A stretch of 55,927 nucleotides of DNA from a virus (taxonomy: Duplodnaviria; Caudoviricetes), in the IMG/VR virus record IMGVR_UViG_3300042389_000953, positions 1-55,927 of that record; one strand, written 5' to 3'. Every line of letters starts with the position of its first letter. Within the stretch, counting starts at the first letter, position 1. Both the position numbers and the translations under genes were made by a program. The notes below the pieces were generated by a model, which saw only the letters and a list, made by a program, of their open reading frames with translations, was not told where the DNA came from and did no database searches. Positions 9,989 through 20,585 of the stretch are shown one piece after another.

Positions 9989-10410
9989 CAACCAAGCGCG
10001 AGCAAATCCTTAGCGCGGTGCGCACCACGCTCATCGGCACCGTTGGCGTTGGCACGCGCATCTACCGCAGCCGCGTCGAGCCGGTGGCACGCGCCGAGAG
10101 CGCCGCCCTCATCGTCGAGCCCGTAAGCAACGTGCCGACGCAGAACACATCGCTGCCCACACTCGATCACACACTAAACATGCGCGTGGTAATTATCGTG
10201 CGCGATGCGGTACCCGATCAAGCCGCCGATCCCATAATCGAGTCGCTGCACAGCAAACTAATGGCCGACCTTACTCTGGGCGGTCTCTGCATAGACATCC
10301 AACCAGGCCCCACCGAATTTACCTTAGAAGCTGCCGACACCCCCGTAGGCGTAATTTTCAACAACTTCCGCGTCCTTTATCGCACGCAAGTGGCAACGCT
10401 AAGCAGCTAA
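9985..10410 (+). CDS. Tail terminator/completion protein
   Basis: TKREQIL.., RIYRSR, MADLTLGGL; position before tail tube. Confidence 0.7.
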   Translation: MTTKREQILSAVRTTLIGTVGVGTRIYRSRVEPVARAESAALIVEPVSNVPTQNTSLPTLDHTLNMRVVIIVRDAVPDQAADPIIESLHSKLMADLTLGGLCIDIQPGPTEFTLEAADTPVGVIFNNFRVLYRTQVATLSS

Positions 10411-10465
10411 GCCCGCAAACTGTGCCATGTCCGCCACGTAGAATCGCCGCAGCCCCCAAGCACTT

Positions 10466-10687
10466 ATGGCAAGAACTACAGCACCATCCGAGGATGTCCT
10501 GAGCAGCGAAGTTGCTGAGGACAGTCTGCAAGAGCTGGAACAAGAAGCCGCAGCAGAATCTGTTGAAGCGCCCGCACCTATGCTTATTGATGAGTACAGC
10601 GGCCAAGGCGGCTCGTACACCCTCGACTCCTCAACCGGCCAGCGGACGCTTGTGCAGCGTACGCAGCATTCAGACACCCCCAGGTAA
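10466..10687 (+). CDS. Small acidic hypothetical protein
   Basis: ATG ORF; DEYSGQGGSYTLD..TG.RTLVQRT C-terminus. Confidence 0.6.
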   Translation: MARTTAPSEDVLSSEVAEDSLQELEQEAAAESVEAPAPMLIDEYSGQGGSYTLDSSTGQRTLVQRTQHSDTPR

Positions 10688-10693
10688 TTCACG

Positions 10694-11857
10694 ATGGCAC
10701 TCCTCACTCGTAAGCGCCTCCTCCTGGCGGAGATCGAGGCCACCTACGGCTCCGACCCCTCTCCCTTGGGCACCGACGCCGTGCTGGTCCGTGACCTCAA
10801 CATCACGCCGGTCCAGAGCGAGAGCGTCAACCGTGACCTCGTTCGTCCTTACCTGGGCGCCTCTGAGCAGCTGCTCGCCAACGTTCGCGTCGAATGCACC
10901 TTCAGCGTTGAACTGGCCGGAAGCGGCGCTGCCGGCACCGCACCCCGCTACGGCTCGATCCTGAAAGCCTGCGGCTTCGCCGAGACCGCCGTCAGTCCCG
11001 CCGTCACCGGCACCGCCACTGCGGGCGCCCTGAACAGCATCACGCTGGCGGTCGGTTCCAGCGCCACCAACGACGCCTACAAGAACCAGATCATCCGCAT
11101 CACCGGCGGCACTGGCAGCGGCACCGTCGCGCTCGTCACCGGCTACGTGGGCTCTACCCGCGTCGCCTCCCTCCGCGCCCTTGCCGGCGACGTCACCCCT
11201 GACAACACCAGCGTCTACAGCATCGGTCTCCAGACCATCTACACCCCCGTCAGCAGCGCTTTCAGCTCGGTAACCCTCTACTACAACATTGACGGGGTTC
11301 TCCACAAGCTCACCGGCGCCCGTGGCACGTTCTCACTGAACACCACTGTCGGCCAGATCCCGACCCTCGACTTCACGATGACGGGCATCTACAACGCCCC
11401 CACCGACACCGCCGCGCCTTCCGTAACCTACGCCGACCAGGCCGCACCGCTCGTCTTCAAGGCAGGCAACAGCGGCGGCTTCAACCTCCTCGGCTACTCC
11501 GGCTGCCTCCAGTCGGTTGCCATGGACATCGGCAATAGCATCATCTACCGCGAACTCGTCGGCTGCACCAAGGAAGTGCTGCTCACCGATCGCTCGGTGT
11601 CCGGCACCGCAACGATCGAAGCACCCACCATCGCAGGGAAGGACTACTTCACCACCTCTCTCACCGACAACGCTCTCGGCGATCTTTCCTTCATCCATGG
11701 AACGACCGCCGGTAACATCGTCTCGCTGGTTTCCAACCGCGTGGACATCGGAGCGCCCAGCTACTCCGACCAGGACGGCATCCATATGCTCGCCCTGCCC
11801 TACACCGCTGTGCCCTCCACCACCGGCAACGACGAGATCCGCCTGATCTACGCCTGA
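10694..11857 (+). CDS. Major tail tube protein with inserted domain
   Basis: Position before chaperones/TMP; E..YG.D, LKACGF, GARGTFS motifs. Confidence 0.85.
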   Translation: MALLTRKRLLLAEIEATYGSDPSPLGTDAVLVRDLNITPVQSESVNRDLVRPYLGASEQLLANVRVECTFSVELAGSGAAGTAPRYGSILKACGFAETAVSPAVTGTATAGALNSITLAVGSSATNDAYKNQIIRITGGTGSGTVALVTGYVGSTRVASLRALAGDVTPDNTSVYSIGLQTIYTPVSSAFSSVTLYYNIDGVLHKLTGARGTFSLNTTVGQIPTLDFTMTGIYNAPTDTAAPSVTYADQAAPLVFKAGNSGGFNLLGYSGCLQSVAMDIGNSIIYRELVGCTKEVLLTDRSVSGTATIEAPTIAGKDYFTTSLTDNALGDLSFIHGTTAGNIVSLVSNRVDIGAPSYSDQDGIHMLALPYTAVPSTTGNDEIRLIYA

Positions 11858-11880
11858 GCCACGCCGCCGCGCACCACCAG

Positions 11881-11911
11881 CCCCCTAAGCCACGCCGCTT
11901 AGGGGGTTTTT
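11881..11911 (+). terminator. Intrinsic terminator after tail tube gene
   Basis: Perfect 10-bp stem CCCCCTAAGC/GCTTAGGGGG, 6-nt loop, TTTTT. Confidence 0.88.
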
Positions 11912-11981
11912 GCTGCGATGCCGCTTACGCGAAAAGCGCCTACACTAAGCCGGTACATCCAGTAACTCATCCGAACAGCTT

Positions 11982-12308
11982 ATGGCGTTCGTTCGCAAGA
12001 AGGTCAAAACCTTCAAGTGGCCTGTAACCATCGAAGAACCCGCTGACGGCGGCACGTTCGACTCCAGCACCTTCGACATCACCTTCAAGCGCCTGGGCCG
12101 TAAGGAGTTCGGCAAACTCAGCGAGAAGGGCGATCTGCCCCTGCTCAAAGCCGTCGTGCTCGGCTGGAACGGCATCAGCGACGAAGACGGCACCGACCTC
12201 CCCTTCTCCATCGAAGCGCTCACCGACTTCGCCGACGACCCCTACTGGGTGCGCGGTGTCCTGAAGGCTTACACCGAGACCTTCGACGGCGCTAAGTCGG
12301 GAAACTGA
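11982..12308 (+). CDS. Tail assembly chaperone (gpG-like)
   Basis: Between tail tube and TMP; GWNGI.DEDG..LPFS motif. Confidence 0.85.
   Translation: MAFVRKKVKTFKWPVTIEEPADGGTFDSSTFDITFKRLGRKEFGKLSEKGDLPLLKAVVLGWNGISDEDGTDLPFSIEALTDFADDPYWVRGVLKAYTETFDGAKSGN
12299..12305 (+). other. -1 programmed ribosomal frameshift site G GGA AAC
   Basis: XXXYYYZ heptamer immediately before the TGA; -1 frame is open to 12661. Confidence 0.85.
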
Positions 12309-12661
12309 AGGGTGCGGCGGAGTTCTGGGTAGGCGGTAAGCAGGAGGAAGATAAGACCGAAGACGATGCCAAAGTCTTCGGCTTAGTCTTACCCGAAGAC
12401 GCGAAACCCAAACCCGCCGCCCCTTACGAGGTCTGGGACGAAAACTGGGACATCGTAATGATGTTCCTAAGAATGCAGACGCAGTGGAACACCACCATGG
12501 CGGGCTACCTAGGCTTGAAATACGAGGTGCTGCTGATGCCTGGCGGTCTGATGGATCTATACTGCGTGGACGACCGCCTCGACATGCTGGAGGGCCTGCA
12601 GATCATGGAAACTGCCGCTCTCAGCGCGTTGGCTAAGGGGGAGGATAAGCGGGATGGCTAA
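12299..12661 (+). CDS. gpT-like frameshift extension of tail chaperone (DUF1799-like)
   Basis: -1 frame GKLKGAAEFW...EVWDENWDIVMMFLRMQTQW...GLKY...ME.AAL, continuous with listed ORF 12458-12661. Confidence 0.8.
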   Translation, partial: GKLKGAAEFWVGGKQEEDKTEDDAKVFGLVLPEDAKPKPAAPYEVWDENWDIVMMFLRMQTQWNTTMAGYLGLKYEVLLMPGGLMDLYCVDDRLDMLEGLQIMETAALSALAKGEDKRDG

Positions 12662-15600
12662 GCAGATTGAGGATATTGTTGTACAGCTAGGTATCCAAGG
12701 TTTTGAAGAATTAAATAAGCTACGCAGTTCCTTTAGAGAACTTACAAAAGTAACAAGAGGTACGGATGATCAGCTTAATGCTGCTCGCAAACGGCTGCTT
12801 GAGCTAAAAACCGAATTAGGAGATACCGCCCGAGCTAACAAGGGACTTACCGATGCCTTTACTGCTTTAGTCGGCGAGGCTAGGCGCGGCTCCGACGTAT
12901 GGCAAAGCCTAAATAAAGACTTGGCACAGTTGCGCCAAGAGTCACGCCTTACAGACACGCAAATTACAGCCTTGCGTGACATTATTGTCGATGAGTCAAA
13001 GGCTCATGCGCAGTCCGCAGTATCTATACGCGAGCATGTAAAATCTCTTCAAGACCTCAGAAATCAAGCTACCTTAAACGGCAAAGTACACCAGCAGCTA
13101 GGCGCAGATATTCAGCGGCTTACAGCTACCTTAGAACAGGGAGAAATAACAAACAGAAAGCATTACAGTTCCTTGACCGCCATGCTGGCGGTAAAGCCAG
13201 ACAAGGTACTTAAGCAATGGGAAGACTACAATCGCATCCTTAAAGAAGGTACTGCATCCGCCGACAAGCTGGCTACGGCACAACGTCGCCTCAATCAGCT
13301 TTCTGGCGCCCCACGCATCCTGGAACGCCGCCGCGTAAGCGAATCCGCAGCAATAACACAAGACCCTGAGTACCTACGCCGTTTTGGGTTTGAAGGTGCC
13401 TCCCTGCCCGAATTACCGAATACAAACGCTGCCTACGCACAACAAATAAAGGAACTGCAGCAAGACCTCGCTAACTTAGACCGCAACAGTATTGAATACC
13501 TGCAAACGCTTATGCAGCTGACGGGCGTGCAGCGGCAGTCCACTGAGGTGGCACGCGGCTACGCTCAAGCGCTGCTAATGGGCGTACAAACCAAAACCGT
13601 AGCAAACAGTACACGCAATTTACAGGAAGTAGTAACAGCGTTGCGTGCAGAAATGCAGCAACTTGATACCACAACCTCCGAAGGCAGTGCTGCCTACGCA
13701 CAAAACGCTAACCAGGTTCGTGTTTTAGAAAAACAGCTTAACGATCTTGCTGGCGCATATCGTAATGTAAGCACTATGGCGACGCAGGCTGCCACAGCCG
13801 AGCAGAACGCCGCTAATAAGCGCATACGCGATAACTATTTCAACCGAGCTGCAGTTGCACGCCAGGAGCAGGCGATTGAGGAACTGGGGCGCCGTGTACG
13901 TGAAGGTGTGGCTAACACTCCTCTGCTACTACCTGCGGCTGGCCAAACCTCTGCCGCTGGTACGGGCGCTGCGATTAGCGGCGGTGCCCGTCGTCTCGTT
14001 CCAGGGCGCACTGAAGTCACGTTTGGCCCATCCGAAGGTCAAGCACCCACGAGGGGTAGTCGCGCGTTCCTCGATGAGCGTGCGGTTCTACGTGGTGGCG
14101 ATCTGCCTAGCGCTGCTGTAGGCGTATCTCCAGCACTAGGGGGACAGTTAGCCGCTCAATTCGACAATTTGGGCAAATCTGCCGAACGAGCACGCCGCCC
14201 CTTGCGCGACATTTATGTTGATATTGATAAGACTACAAAAGCAAGTAACGGCAGCGTAAATAGTCTGGAAGCGCAGATAGGCGCTTGGACAGAACTACGC
14301 AATGCCGTTGGCCGTACCGCGCCCGCTTTTGATACAGCAACTAAGAAACTGGAGCAGCTCACGGCACGACGCGAGCGTCTTACCGGGGGCCGCCGCCTAA
14401 GCGGGATGCAGCTCGCCCAGGGCGTCGGCGCGGCGCTTAGTGGTGGCATTTTTGGCGGCCCCGAGGGCCTGATCGGCGGTCTCGGCGGCTTGGCCGTGGG
14501 CGGCGTGGGCGGCGCCTTCGCTGGCGCAGCCGCTGGTGCGCAGGTCGGCATGTTCCGCCAGCAGCTCAGTGGCGTCACCGACTATTCGGCCCGCATCGAC
14601 AAGCTGCAGATCGCTCTGCGGGGCATTCTTGGCTCCCAGGACGCTTACACCCGCGCTTTGGCAGCTGCTGACTCCGCGACCCGCGATCTCAACATCCCCC
14701 AGGAGATTGCGATCCGAAGCATGACCCAACTAAGTGCCGCTGTGACCGGCGCCGGTGGAACGGTTACCGACTCGGCCTTCGCGTTCCGTGCAGTAAGCGA
14801 GGCAGTGAAAGCCACTGGTGGCAACGCCGAGCAGGCCGATGGCGCCCTCCTCGCACTCACGCAGGTATTCTCCAAGGGCAAGGTCAGCGCCGAAGAACTT
14901 AACCAAATCGCTGAGCGTCTACCCGGCACATTTGTCCTATTCGCCAAGGCGGCCGGCATGACCGGCCCTCAGCTGCAAAAGGCGCTCCAGGAAGGCCAAG
15001 TAGGTCTGAACGACCTAATGAAGTTCCTGCAGCTAATCAGTACTGAGTACGGACAAACGGCACTCAAGATCGCCAAGTCCAGCCAAGAAGCCGGCGCTCG
15101 TTTGACAGTTGCAATGCAAAACATGCAACTAGAGGTAGGACGCGCTCTGCAACCTCTGGGTGCCGATTTGCAAAACGCATTTGCCATATTTATAACCGAC
15201 ATCACACCTGCCGTAGTCGCTGCTGCACAAGGGTTTGTGGGCGTGGCTAAGGCAATCGGTGCTGCCGGTGATGCGTTTATGGATTTCACAGCACCTGTAC
15301 GGGATTTCTTCGCCACGGGAATGCCTGCATACCTACAGGTTGCTAAAGCGTTTTGGGATAGTATCGCCAACGATGTCTCTGCGTTCTGGACTCGTATTGG
15401 CAGTTTCTTCACAGGATTGCAAACAATAAGCTCTACAGCGTTAAAGGCTATCGGTATAGACGTGGGAGGGCTAGGAGATACCATGCAGATAGTGGCCACT
15501 AATGTAGGTAAGTTCTGGTCTAGCATTTTTGACTTCATCAAAGGCCGCTGGCGCGAAACCGTCAGCAACATGATCAACTACAGCAATCCTTTGCTGGCGG

Positions 15601-17687
15601 GCCTCAAACTGCTTGGAATTGCAGATGTAGGCCAGGCTGTAACAAAGGGTATAGCGGCGGGTGCTACCGCAATGTCACCTATATTTAAGCTTCCGCAGGC
15701 GCAGCAGAGCACTGCAGAAAGCCCGTCCGTATTCCCCTCCCCTGCCACAGACGAGGAAAAGAAGAAAAAAGCAGCCAAGGACAAAGCAGAGAGAGAGCGC
15801 CAAGCCGCGGCCGCCGAACAGCAGCGCCTGGCCAACACCCTGCTCGACCAGCAGCTGCGTGCAGCCGACAGGGTATTCCAGCACCAAATCGAGCTGGACC
15901 GTCAACGCTACGAACTACAAAAACGCCTAGACGACGCCCAAGCACAGAATCGCATCATGCGCGAAACTGGTGCAGCACGCGACATCGTAAGCAACTTTGA
16001 GGATCTGCAGCGCAGCCTCCGCGAAATCGAGGAGCGCCGTGTCCGCGCAGTTCAAGACGTACGCCTGGCCAAGCAGACGCAACAAAGCGCTGCAGTACGT
16101 GCCACCTTTGCAGACCAAGGTGCAGCGGCACTAAGCGCCGGTGGTACGGGCATCAGTGCTACTGCCATCGCAAAGGCAACTGCAGAGGCAGCAAAATTCA
16201 CAGGCATCGCAAACCAGTGCTCTGAGGCTGTTAAGAGCTTCTACAAGTCTTTAGGTATAACTTTGCCCGGTGTAACTGCATGGGCAGACACAGTACGCAA
16301 TGCAGGTACGGTTATGCGGGACTGGAGTAAACTGCGTCCCGGCGATATTGTTGCTACTGGGCGTCCCGGCGATACTCCGCATGTAGGCGTGTATACAGGT
16401 GGAAATAATGTGTTCCACCAGTCTCGTAAGCGCGGTCTTACTGCTGGTAACTACCCCGATTTGGATTATTTCAAATCAGGGTATTTCGTACGTCCCACAC
16501 AATCTGCCGGAACCGCGCGGATGCCCACAGGCGCCGCAGCCCAGCAGAATCGCGCAATCAGAGCGAGCGGTGGTGCGGTTATCGAGGGTCTCGACGTAAA
16601 CAAGGCCGAAGCGCAGCTACAACTTATCGAAGCCAACGTATCTAAGGAACGCGCTACCTTATTTGAGCAATTCACGCTCAAGGCCACAGATGCCCTTAGG
16701 CAACAAAACGCGACAATGCGCGATAGTAACGAACTGCAGACTCTGCGTAACCGCCTCACCCTAGAAGGCGTGCGCCCTGAGTTTGTAGACCTGGAAGAAC
16801 GCTTACTCGGTATCAGGCAAGAGCAAAACCAAGCACAAACTACGTACAATCAGCTTGTTAAAGCTAACCCCGATAGAGCAGCCGAACTTCAGAGCGTCTT
16901 AGCTGCGCAGAACGAACAGTACGCCGAGCGTGCGCGGCTTTTGCGAGAAAATGCAGAAGCTGCAGAAGCCTTCAACAAGGCGATGCGCACTCGCCAAGAC
17001 GAGCGCATCGGCCTCGGCTTGCGCGAAGGCGCCGAAGCTTACGTCCAGTCGATCGGCACCATGCGCGAGGCCACGGCCCAGCTCGCCCAGACCGGCATCA
17101 AGGGCGTCGAGGACGCCATCTTCAGCCTCGTCACCACCGGCACCGCCAACTTCCAGGAGTTCGCCGCCTCGATCCTTAGGGATACGGCTCGCATGATCAT
17201 TCAGCAAATGGTGCTGCGCAGCATCATGCAGATCATCGGCGCCATTGCTCCTGGTGGTTCGCCAGCATCGGCCCTTGTTCCTGGTATGCCCTTCAACCCT
17301 GCGAGCATCCCCGGCATGGCATTTGGCTATGGCGGAGTATTCGCCAAGAATAATGTGGTGCCCTTTGCCATGGGCGGCATCGTCGATAAGCCGACGCTTT
17401 TCCCCTTCGCCAATGGCGGCGCCGGCCGCCTCGGACTTATGGGTGAGGCTGGCCCGGAAGCCATCATGCCCCTACGCCGCCTCCCCAGCGGAAGGCTGGG
17501 CGTCGAGGCAGGCGGCGCTGGAACGGGCGTCGTCGTCAACGTGAACGTGGACGCCAAGGGCACCGCCGTCGAAAGCGACCAGAGCAACGGCCAAGCGCTC
17601 GGCGCAGTCGTAGGCGCAGCCGTGCGTGCGGAGATCGTCCAGCAACAGCGCCCAGGCGGACTGCTTGACTCCAGTCGCCGGCGATGA
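12654..17687 (+). CDS. Tape measure protein with internal NlpC/P60-CHAP-like domain
   Basis: 1677 aa helical; SKGKVSAEELNQIAERLPG; C-terminal FAMGGIV..PT / MGEAGPEAIMPL; QCS...PGDIV...HVGVY. Confidence 0.95.
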   Translation: MAKQIEDIVVQLGIQGFEELNKLRSSFRELTKVTRGTDDQLNAARKRLLELKTELGDTARANKGLTDAFTALVGEARRGSDVWQSLNKDLAQLRQESRLTDTQITALRDIIVDESKAHAQSAVSIREHVKSLQDLRNQATLNGKVHQQLGADIQRLTATLEQGEITNRKHYSSLTAMLAVKPDKVLKQWEDYNRILKEGTASADKLATAQRRLNQLSGAPRILERRRVSESAAITQDPEYLRRFGFEGASLPELPNTNAAYAQQIKELQQDLANLDRNSIEYLQTLMQLTGVQRQSTEVARGYAQALLMGVQTKTVANSTRNLQEVVTALRAEMQQLDTTTSEGSAAYAQNANQVRVLEKQLNDLAGAYRNVSTMATQAATAEQNAANKRIRDNYFNRAAVARQEQAIEELGRRVREGVANTPLLLPAAGQTSAAGTGAAISGGARRLVPGRTEVTFGPSEGQAPTRGSRAFLDERAVLRGGDLPSAAVGVSPALGGQLAAQFDNLGKSAERARRPLRDIYVDIDKTTKASNGSVNSLEAQIGAWTELRNAVGRTAPAFDTATKKLEQLTARRERLTGGRRLSGMQLAQGVGAALSGGIFGGPEGLIGGLGGLAVGGVGGAFAGAAAGAQVGMFRQQLSGVTDYSARIDKLQIALRGILGSQDAYTRALAAADSATRDLNIPQEIAIRSMTQLSAAVTGAGGTVTDSAFAFRAVSEAVKATGGNAEQADGALLALTQVFSKGKVSAEELNQIAERLPGTFVLFAKAAGMTGPQLQKALQEGQVGLNDLMKFLQLISTEYGQTALKIAKSSQEAGARLTVAMQNMQLEVGRALQPLGADLQNAFAIFITDITPAVVAAAQGFVGVAKAIGAAGDAFMDFTAPVRDFFATGMPAYLQVAKAFWDSIANDVSAFWTRIGSFFTGLQTISSTALKAIGIDVGGLGDTMQIVATNVGKFWSSIFDFIKGRWRETVSNMINYSNPLLAGLKLLGIADVGQAVTKGIAAGATAMSPIFKLPQAQQSTAESPSVFPSPATDEEKKKKAAKDKAERERQAAAAEQQRLANTLLDQQLRAADRVFQHQIELDRQRYELQKRLDDAQAQNRIMRETGAARDIVSNFEDLQRSLREIEERRVRAVQDVRLAKQTQQSAAVRATFADQGAAALSAGGTGISATAIAKATAEAAKFTGIANQCSEAVKSFYKSLGITLPGVTAWADTVRNAGTVMRDWSKLRPGDIVATGRPGDTPHVGVYTGGNNVFHQSRKRGLTAGNYPDLDYFKSGYFVRPTQSAGTARMPTGAAAQQNRAIRASGGAVIEGLDVNKAEAQLQLIEANVSKERATLFEQFTLKATDALRQQNATMRDSNELQTLRNRLTLEGVRPEFVDLEERLLGIRQEQNQAQTTYNQLVKANPDRAAELQSVLAAQNEQYAERARLLRENAEAAEAFNKAMRTRQDERIGLGLREGAEAYVQSIGTMREATAQLAQTGIKGVEDAIFSLVTTGTANFQEFAASILRDTARMIIQQMVLRSIMQIIGAIAPGGSPASALVPGMPFNPASIPGMAFGYGGVFAKNNVVPFAMGGIVDKPTLFPFANGGAGRLGLMGEAGPEAIMPLRRLPSGRLGVEAGGAGTGVVVNVNVDAKGTAVESDQSNGQALGAVVGAAVRAEIVQQQRPGGLLDSSRRR

Positions 17688-18760
17688 CGACATTTTCATA
17701 CACACCCGATTTTCCTGCAGAAGAGCGGTCGCAGCCGCGCATCCGTGGGTACGAGGCAAACGGATTCACGCTCCGCGTCGAAGATGGAATAAACCTTCTC
17801 ACAGATAAGTGGCCGCTTACATTCTCCGCTCGCAACTCCACCGATCGCACGAATCTGCTGAGCTTCTTCGCCACGCAGAATGGCACAACCCCCTTCACCT
17901 GGGTAACGCCCTTCAACGAAACCGCTCAATTTATCTGCACAACTTGGGACTTAACCCTCGACTCGTGCCACCTTACAACAATCTCCGCTGAGTTTCAACT
18001 GGTCTACGTACCAGGGCAAACCAACATAGCCGTAAGTAATGTACCTGTAACCGCCTTTACATGGATCCCTGATTTCACTACATCAAGAAACTTAGATAGC
18101 AAAGCGCGTAGATCCGAATACGGGGATGGTTACGGACAGTCCGTAACTTTCGGCATAAACGCAGCAACAGAGAAGTGGTCACTCGTACTCAATAATCTCA
18201 CCAACACGCAACGTGATGCCATTCGCGCTTTCTTGCGTGGAGCGGCTCGCACACCCTCATTTGAATGGCAGAACCCCTTAGGCGACACCGGCGACTATAT
18301 CTGCGATGCCTGGACAACAACCTTTAACAAGTTTAACAACAGTTCGATTCGTGCTGACTTTACACGAGTCTACGGTACGTTCCTTGTGTCCTTCGCAGGC
18401 TACGCACCAGGCTTCAGCGAAGTCATCTCTTACGACTTTGCAGGTGGCTTCGCTTATCCTTCGGCTCCTGGCATCAATGCAACGATCGAGGCGGACTTTA
18501 CGGCCGGTATTGCCTCCGCACCAGCGCCCGGTATCAGCGTAATTATCGACGCAGACTTTACCGGGGGTGTAGGCTACACCGATACGCCGTCACCGCCACC
18601 TACAGGTGCAGATAGCTCCGCAAGCTTCTGGAGCGACTGGGCTTACTACGATCCCGACATATTCTTGTACGCGCAAGCAGCGGCCGAGACCCCCGTGTAC
18701 TGGAATAGATGGCAGTCCTGGACCGAAGACCCTCCGCTGCTGTTTGAGGAGTCGTCCTAA
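17684..18760 (+). CDS. Distal tail protein with two tandem gpM-like domains plus C-terminal extension
   Basis: Two copies of F.(Y/W).PDF...GIN....W.L.....F.W..P......C..W. Confidence 0.8.
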   Translation: MTTFSYTPDFPAEERSQPRIRGYEANGFTLRVEDGINLLTDKWPLTFSARNSTDRTNLLSFFATQNGTTPFTWVTPFNETAQFICTTWDLTLDSCHLTTISAEFQLVYVPGQTNIAVSNVPVTAFTWIPDFTTSRNLDSKARRSEYGDGYGQSVTFGINAATEKWSLVLNNLTNTQRDAIRAFLRGAARTPSFEWQNPLGDTGDYICDAWTTTFNKFNNSSIRADFTRVYGTFLVSFAGYAPGFSEVISYDFAGGFAYPSAPGINATIEADFTAGIASAPAPGISVIIDADFTGGVGYTDTPSPPPTGADSSASFWSDWAYYDPDIFLYAQAAAETPVYWNRWQSWTEDPPLLFEESS

Positions 18761-18810
18761 GCCTCGCTACACTGAGCACATAAGCGTCCAGCCTCTACGC
18801 CCTACCTGTT

Positions 18811-19179
18811 ATGGCAGCGCCAAACATCAAATCAGGCAGCTCGGTCACGACGGTCGTCGGTAAGACCGTGGGCTACGCAGTGACAACCTCAATGGCTGCG
18901 GCGCTGAGCAATGGCGCCGGCTCGGGCAAGGTGCTGAAGATCAACAGCGTCTACTGCTCCAACGTGGACGGTGCAGCGGCCGCTGACATCTCGCTGCAGC
19001 ACTGGGACGGCACCACCGGCTACGAGTTGGCCCACACCATTACGGTCCCAGCCGACGCCACGCAGGTGCTGGTCACCCGCGAGGCATACATCTACCTGGA
19101 GGAAGGCCACAGCCTCCGCGCACAGGCCAGCGCTGCCGGTGATCTGGAGCTGGTCATCAGCTACGAGGACATCAGCTGA
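18811..19179 (+). CDS. Putative virion structural protein
   Basis: MAAPNI.., KINSVYCSNVDG..AADI, IYLEEG, ISYEDIS; in tail module. Confidence 0.65.
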   Translation: MAAPNIKSGSSVTTVVGKTVGYAVTTSMAAALSNGAGSGKVLKINSVYCSNVDGAAAADISLQHWDGTTGYELAHTITVPADATQVLVTREAYIYLEEGHSLRAQASAAGDLELVISYEDIS

Positions 19180-19214
19180 TCTACTCCATCTGACTTGCCC
19201 CTGAGGATTGACCC

Positions 19215-20252
19215 ATGCCTGTCACCAAGCAAACCTATACCGCCGCCCCTACATGGACAGCGGCTGATCTTGCCACCATTTACCGCTCCGCGTTTATTGA
19301 TGCAGGGCTGATGACAGACTGGCACGACAGCTTCTTGTCCGGGTCGGTTGAAAACCGTGTACTGCGGATTCAGTACGACGTAAGCAAAACATACGGCACC
19401 ACTTTTTATTGGTTCCAGTTTAGTACAGATGGAGCGTACCTGCATGTCGCCACCGGTTGGAATACATCTACCGATGTCCCAACAGGTACGCAATACCTTG
19501 ATTTCTTCTCCACACTTACCAACGCAACAGGAAACCACTGGCGGTTTTCGGGGACATTAAGCAATACCACTGCAGCAAACCTGATTCGCTATTCATCTGG
19601 AACTCATCACTGGTTCGTCTCGCAGCAGACTACTACGCGCCAAGTATTTACAATTCAGCCAGCCAGTCACGCTCTGCAATCTTGGATCAATCTTGATCGC
19701 GGATTCTATAGTGGCTTTGCCGGTGTTTTTACGCAGAGCATCAGTACAAGCTCGTCCCTCGCATTTACTCGCGGGCCAGCGCTTAGAAGGGATATTATCG
19801 TCGGTCCCTCATTGAATGGTTCTACGTCTGCTAGCAATTACTCTAGTACCTCGGCCACTTTAGCGTTACTGGCTTATCTTGTGCCTGGGCATGTAAGCAA
19901 TAGCTACACTGGAAACATTCAAAGCCAAATCGGCTCAACCAGTGGCACTGGAACTAGCTCCGGGGCTCGATGCGGCGCAATCGTGTTACCAGTTGGCTTT
20001 TCTAGCTCAAACCCTGCCTACACCACGAACAGCATCCCGGTCTTCCACTCGATGCCGTTTACGCCATACTCGACCACGACATTAAACTCAGACTTCGGCA
20101 TCACGTTCCATTACGCCACTAACGTATTCGGTTTCCAAGATAAGTTTATCGTTACCGCTGGCACCGAAGAGTGGGAAACCCTTGCGTTTTCAAATGCGTC
20201 TGTTGGCGACGGCACAACGCCTAGCGTTGCTTTCCTTGCAAGGGTTGTGTAA
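19215..20252 (+). CDS. Putative tail fibre/virion protein
   Basis: Ser/Thr-rich beta protein in tail module. Confidence 0.6.
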   Translation: MPVTKQTYTAAPTWTAADLATIYRSAFIDAGLMTDWHDSFLSGSVENRVLRIQYDVSKTYGTTFYWFQFSTDGAYLHVATGWNTSTDVPTGTQYLDFFSTLTNATGNHWRFSGTLSNTTAANLIRYSSGTHHWFVSQQTTTRQVFTIQPASHALQSWINLDRGFYSGFAGVFTQSISTSSSLAFTRGPALRRDIIVGPSLNGSTSASNYSSTSATLALLAYLVPGHVSNSYTGNIQSQIGSTSGTGTSSGARCGAIVLPVGFSSSNPAYTTNSIPVFHSMPFTPYSTTTLNSDFGITFHYATNVFGFQDKFIVTAGTEEWETLAFSNASVGDGTTPSVAFLARVV

Positions 20253-20545
20253 TGGCCGATCAGAACCAATCGCCTGCATCACAGGCCAGCGTAAACCTGT
20301 CAGCCCTGGCGTATCCGCTGACGATCGCTGGTACGCCAACATGGCAAGCGTTGCCGCCACTGTCTCTTACAGTTATCGGCGGCAGTTTCTCAATTAGCAT
20401 CGGTGGCGCCGGCGGTAGCACCACGAACCTGCTCACCCCCGCCGCGCTACTCGGCAAAAACGCATCTGTATCGACTTCGGGCGCAAACGGAATGTGGACT
20501 CTACGCGACCAGCTCGCAGCCAAACGTGCCAGCGCATGGCCATGA
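20252..20545 (+). CDS. Small virion protein ending in G.W.L..Q......WP motif
   Basis: TAATG-coupled to upstream gene; motif shared with next gene. Confidence 0.55.
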   Translation: MADQNQSPASQASVNLSALAYPLTIAGTPTWQALPPLSLTVIGGSFSISIGGAGGSTTNLLTPAALLGKNASVSTSGANGMWTLRDQLAAKRASAWP

Positions 20546-20585
20546 CCCTACCCCGCCACGTCGCACTACACAGGAGGATAAGCTG

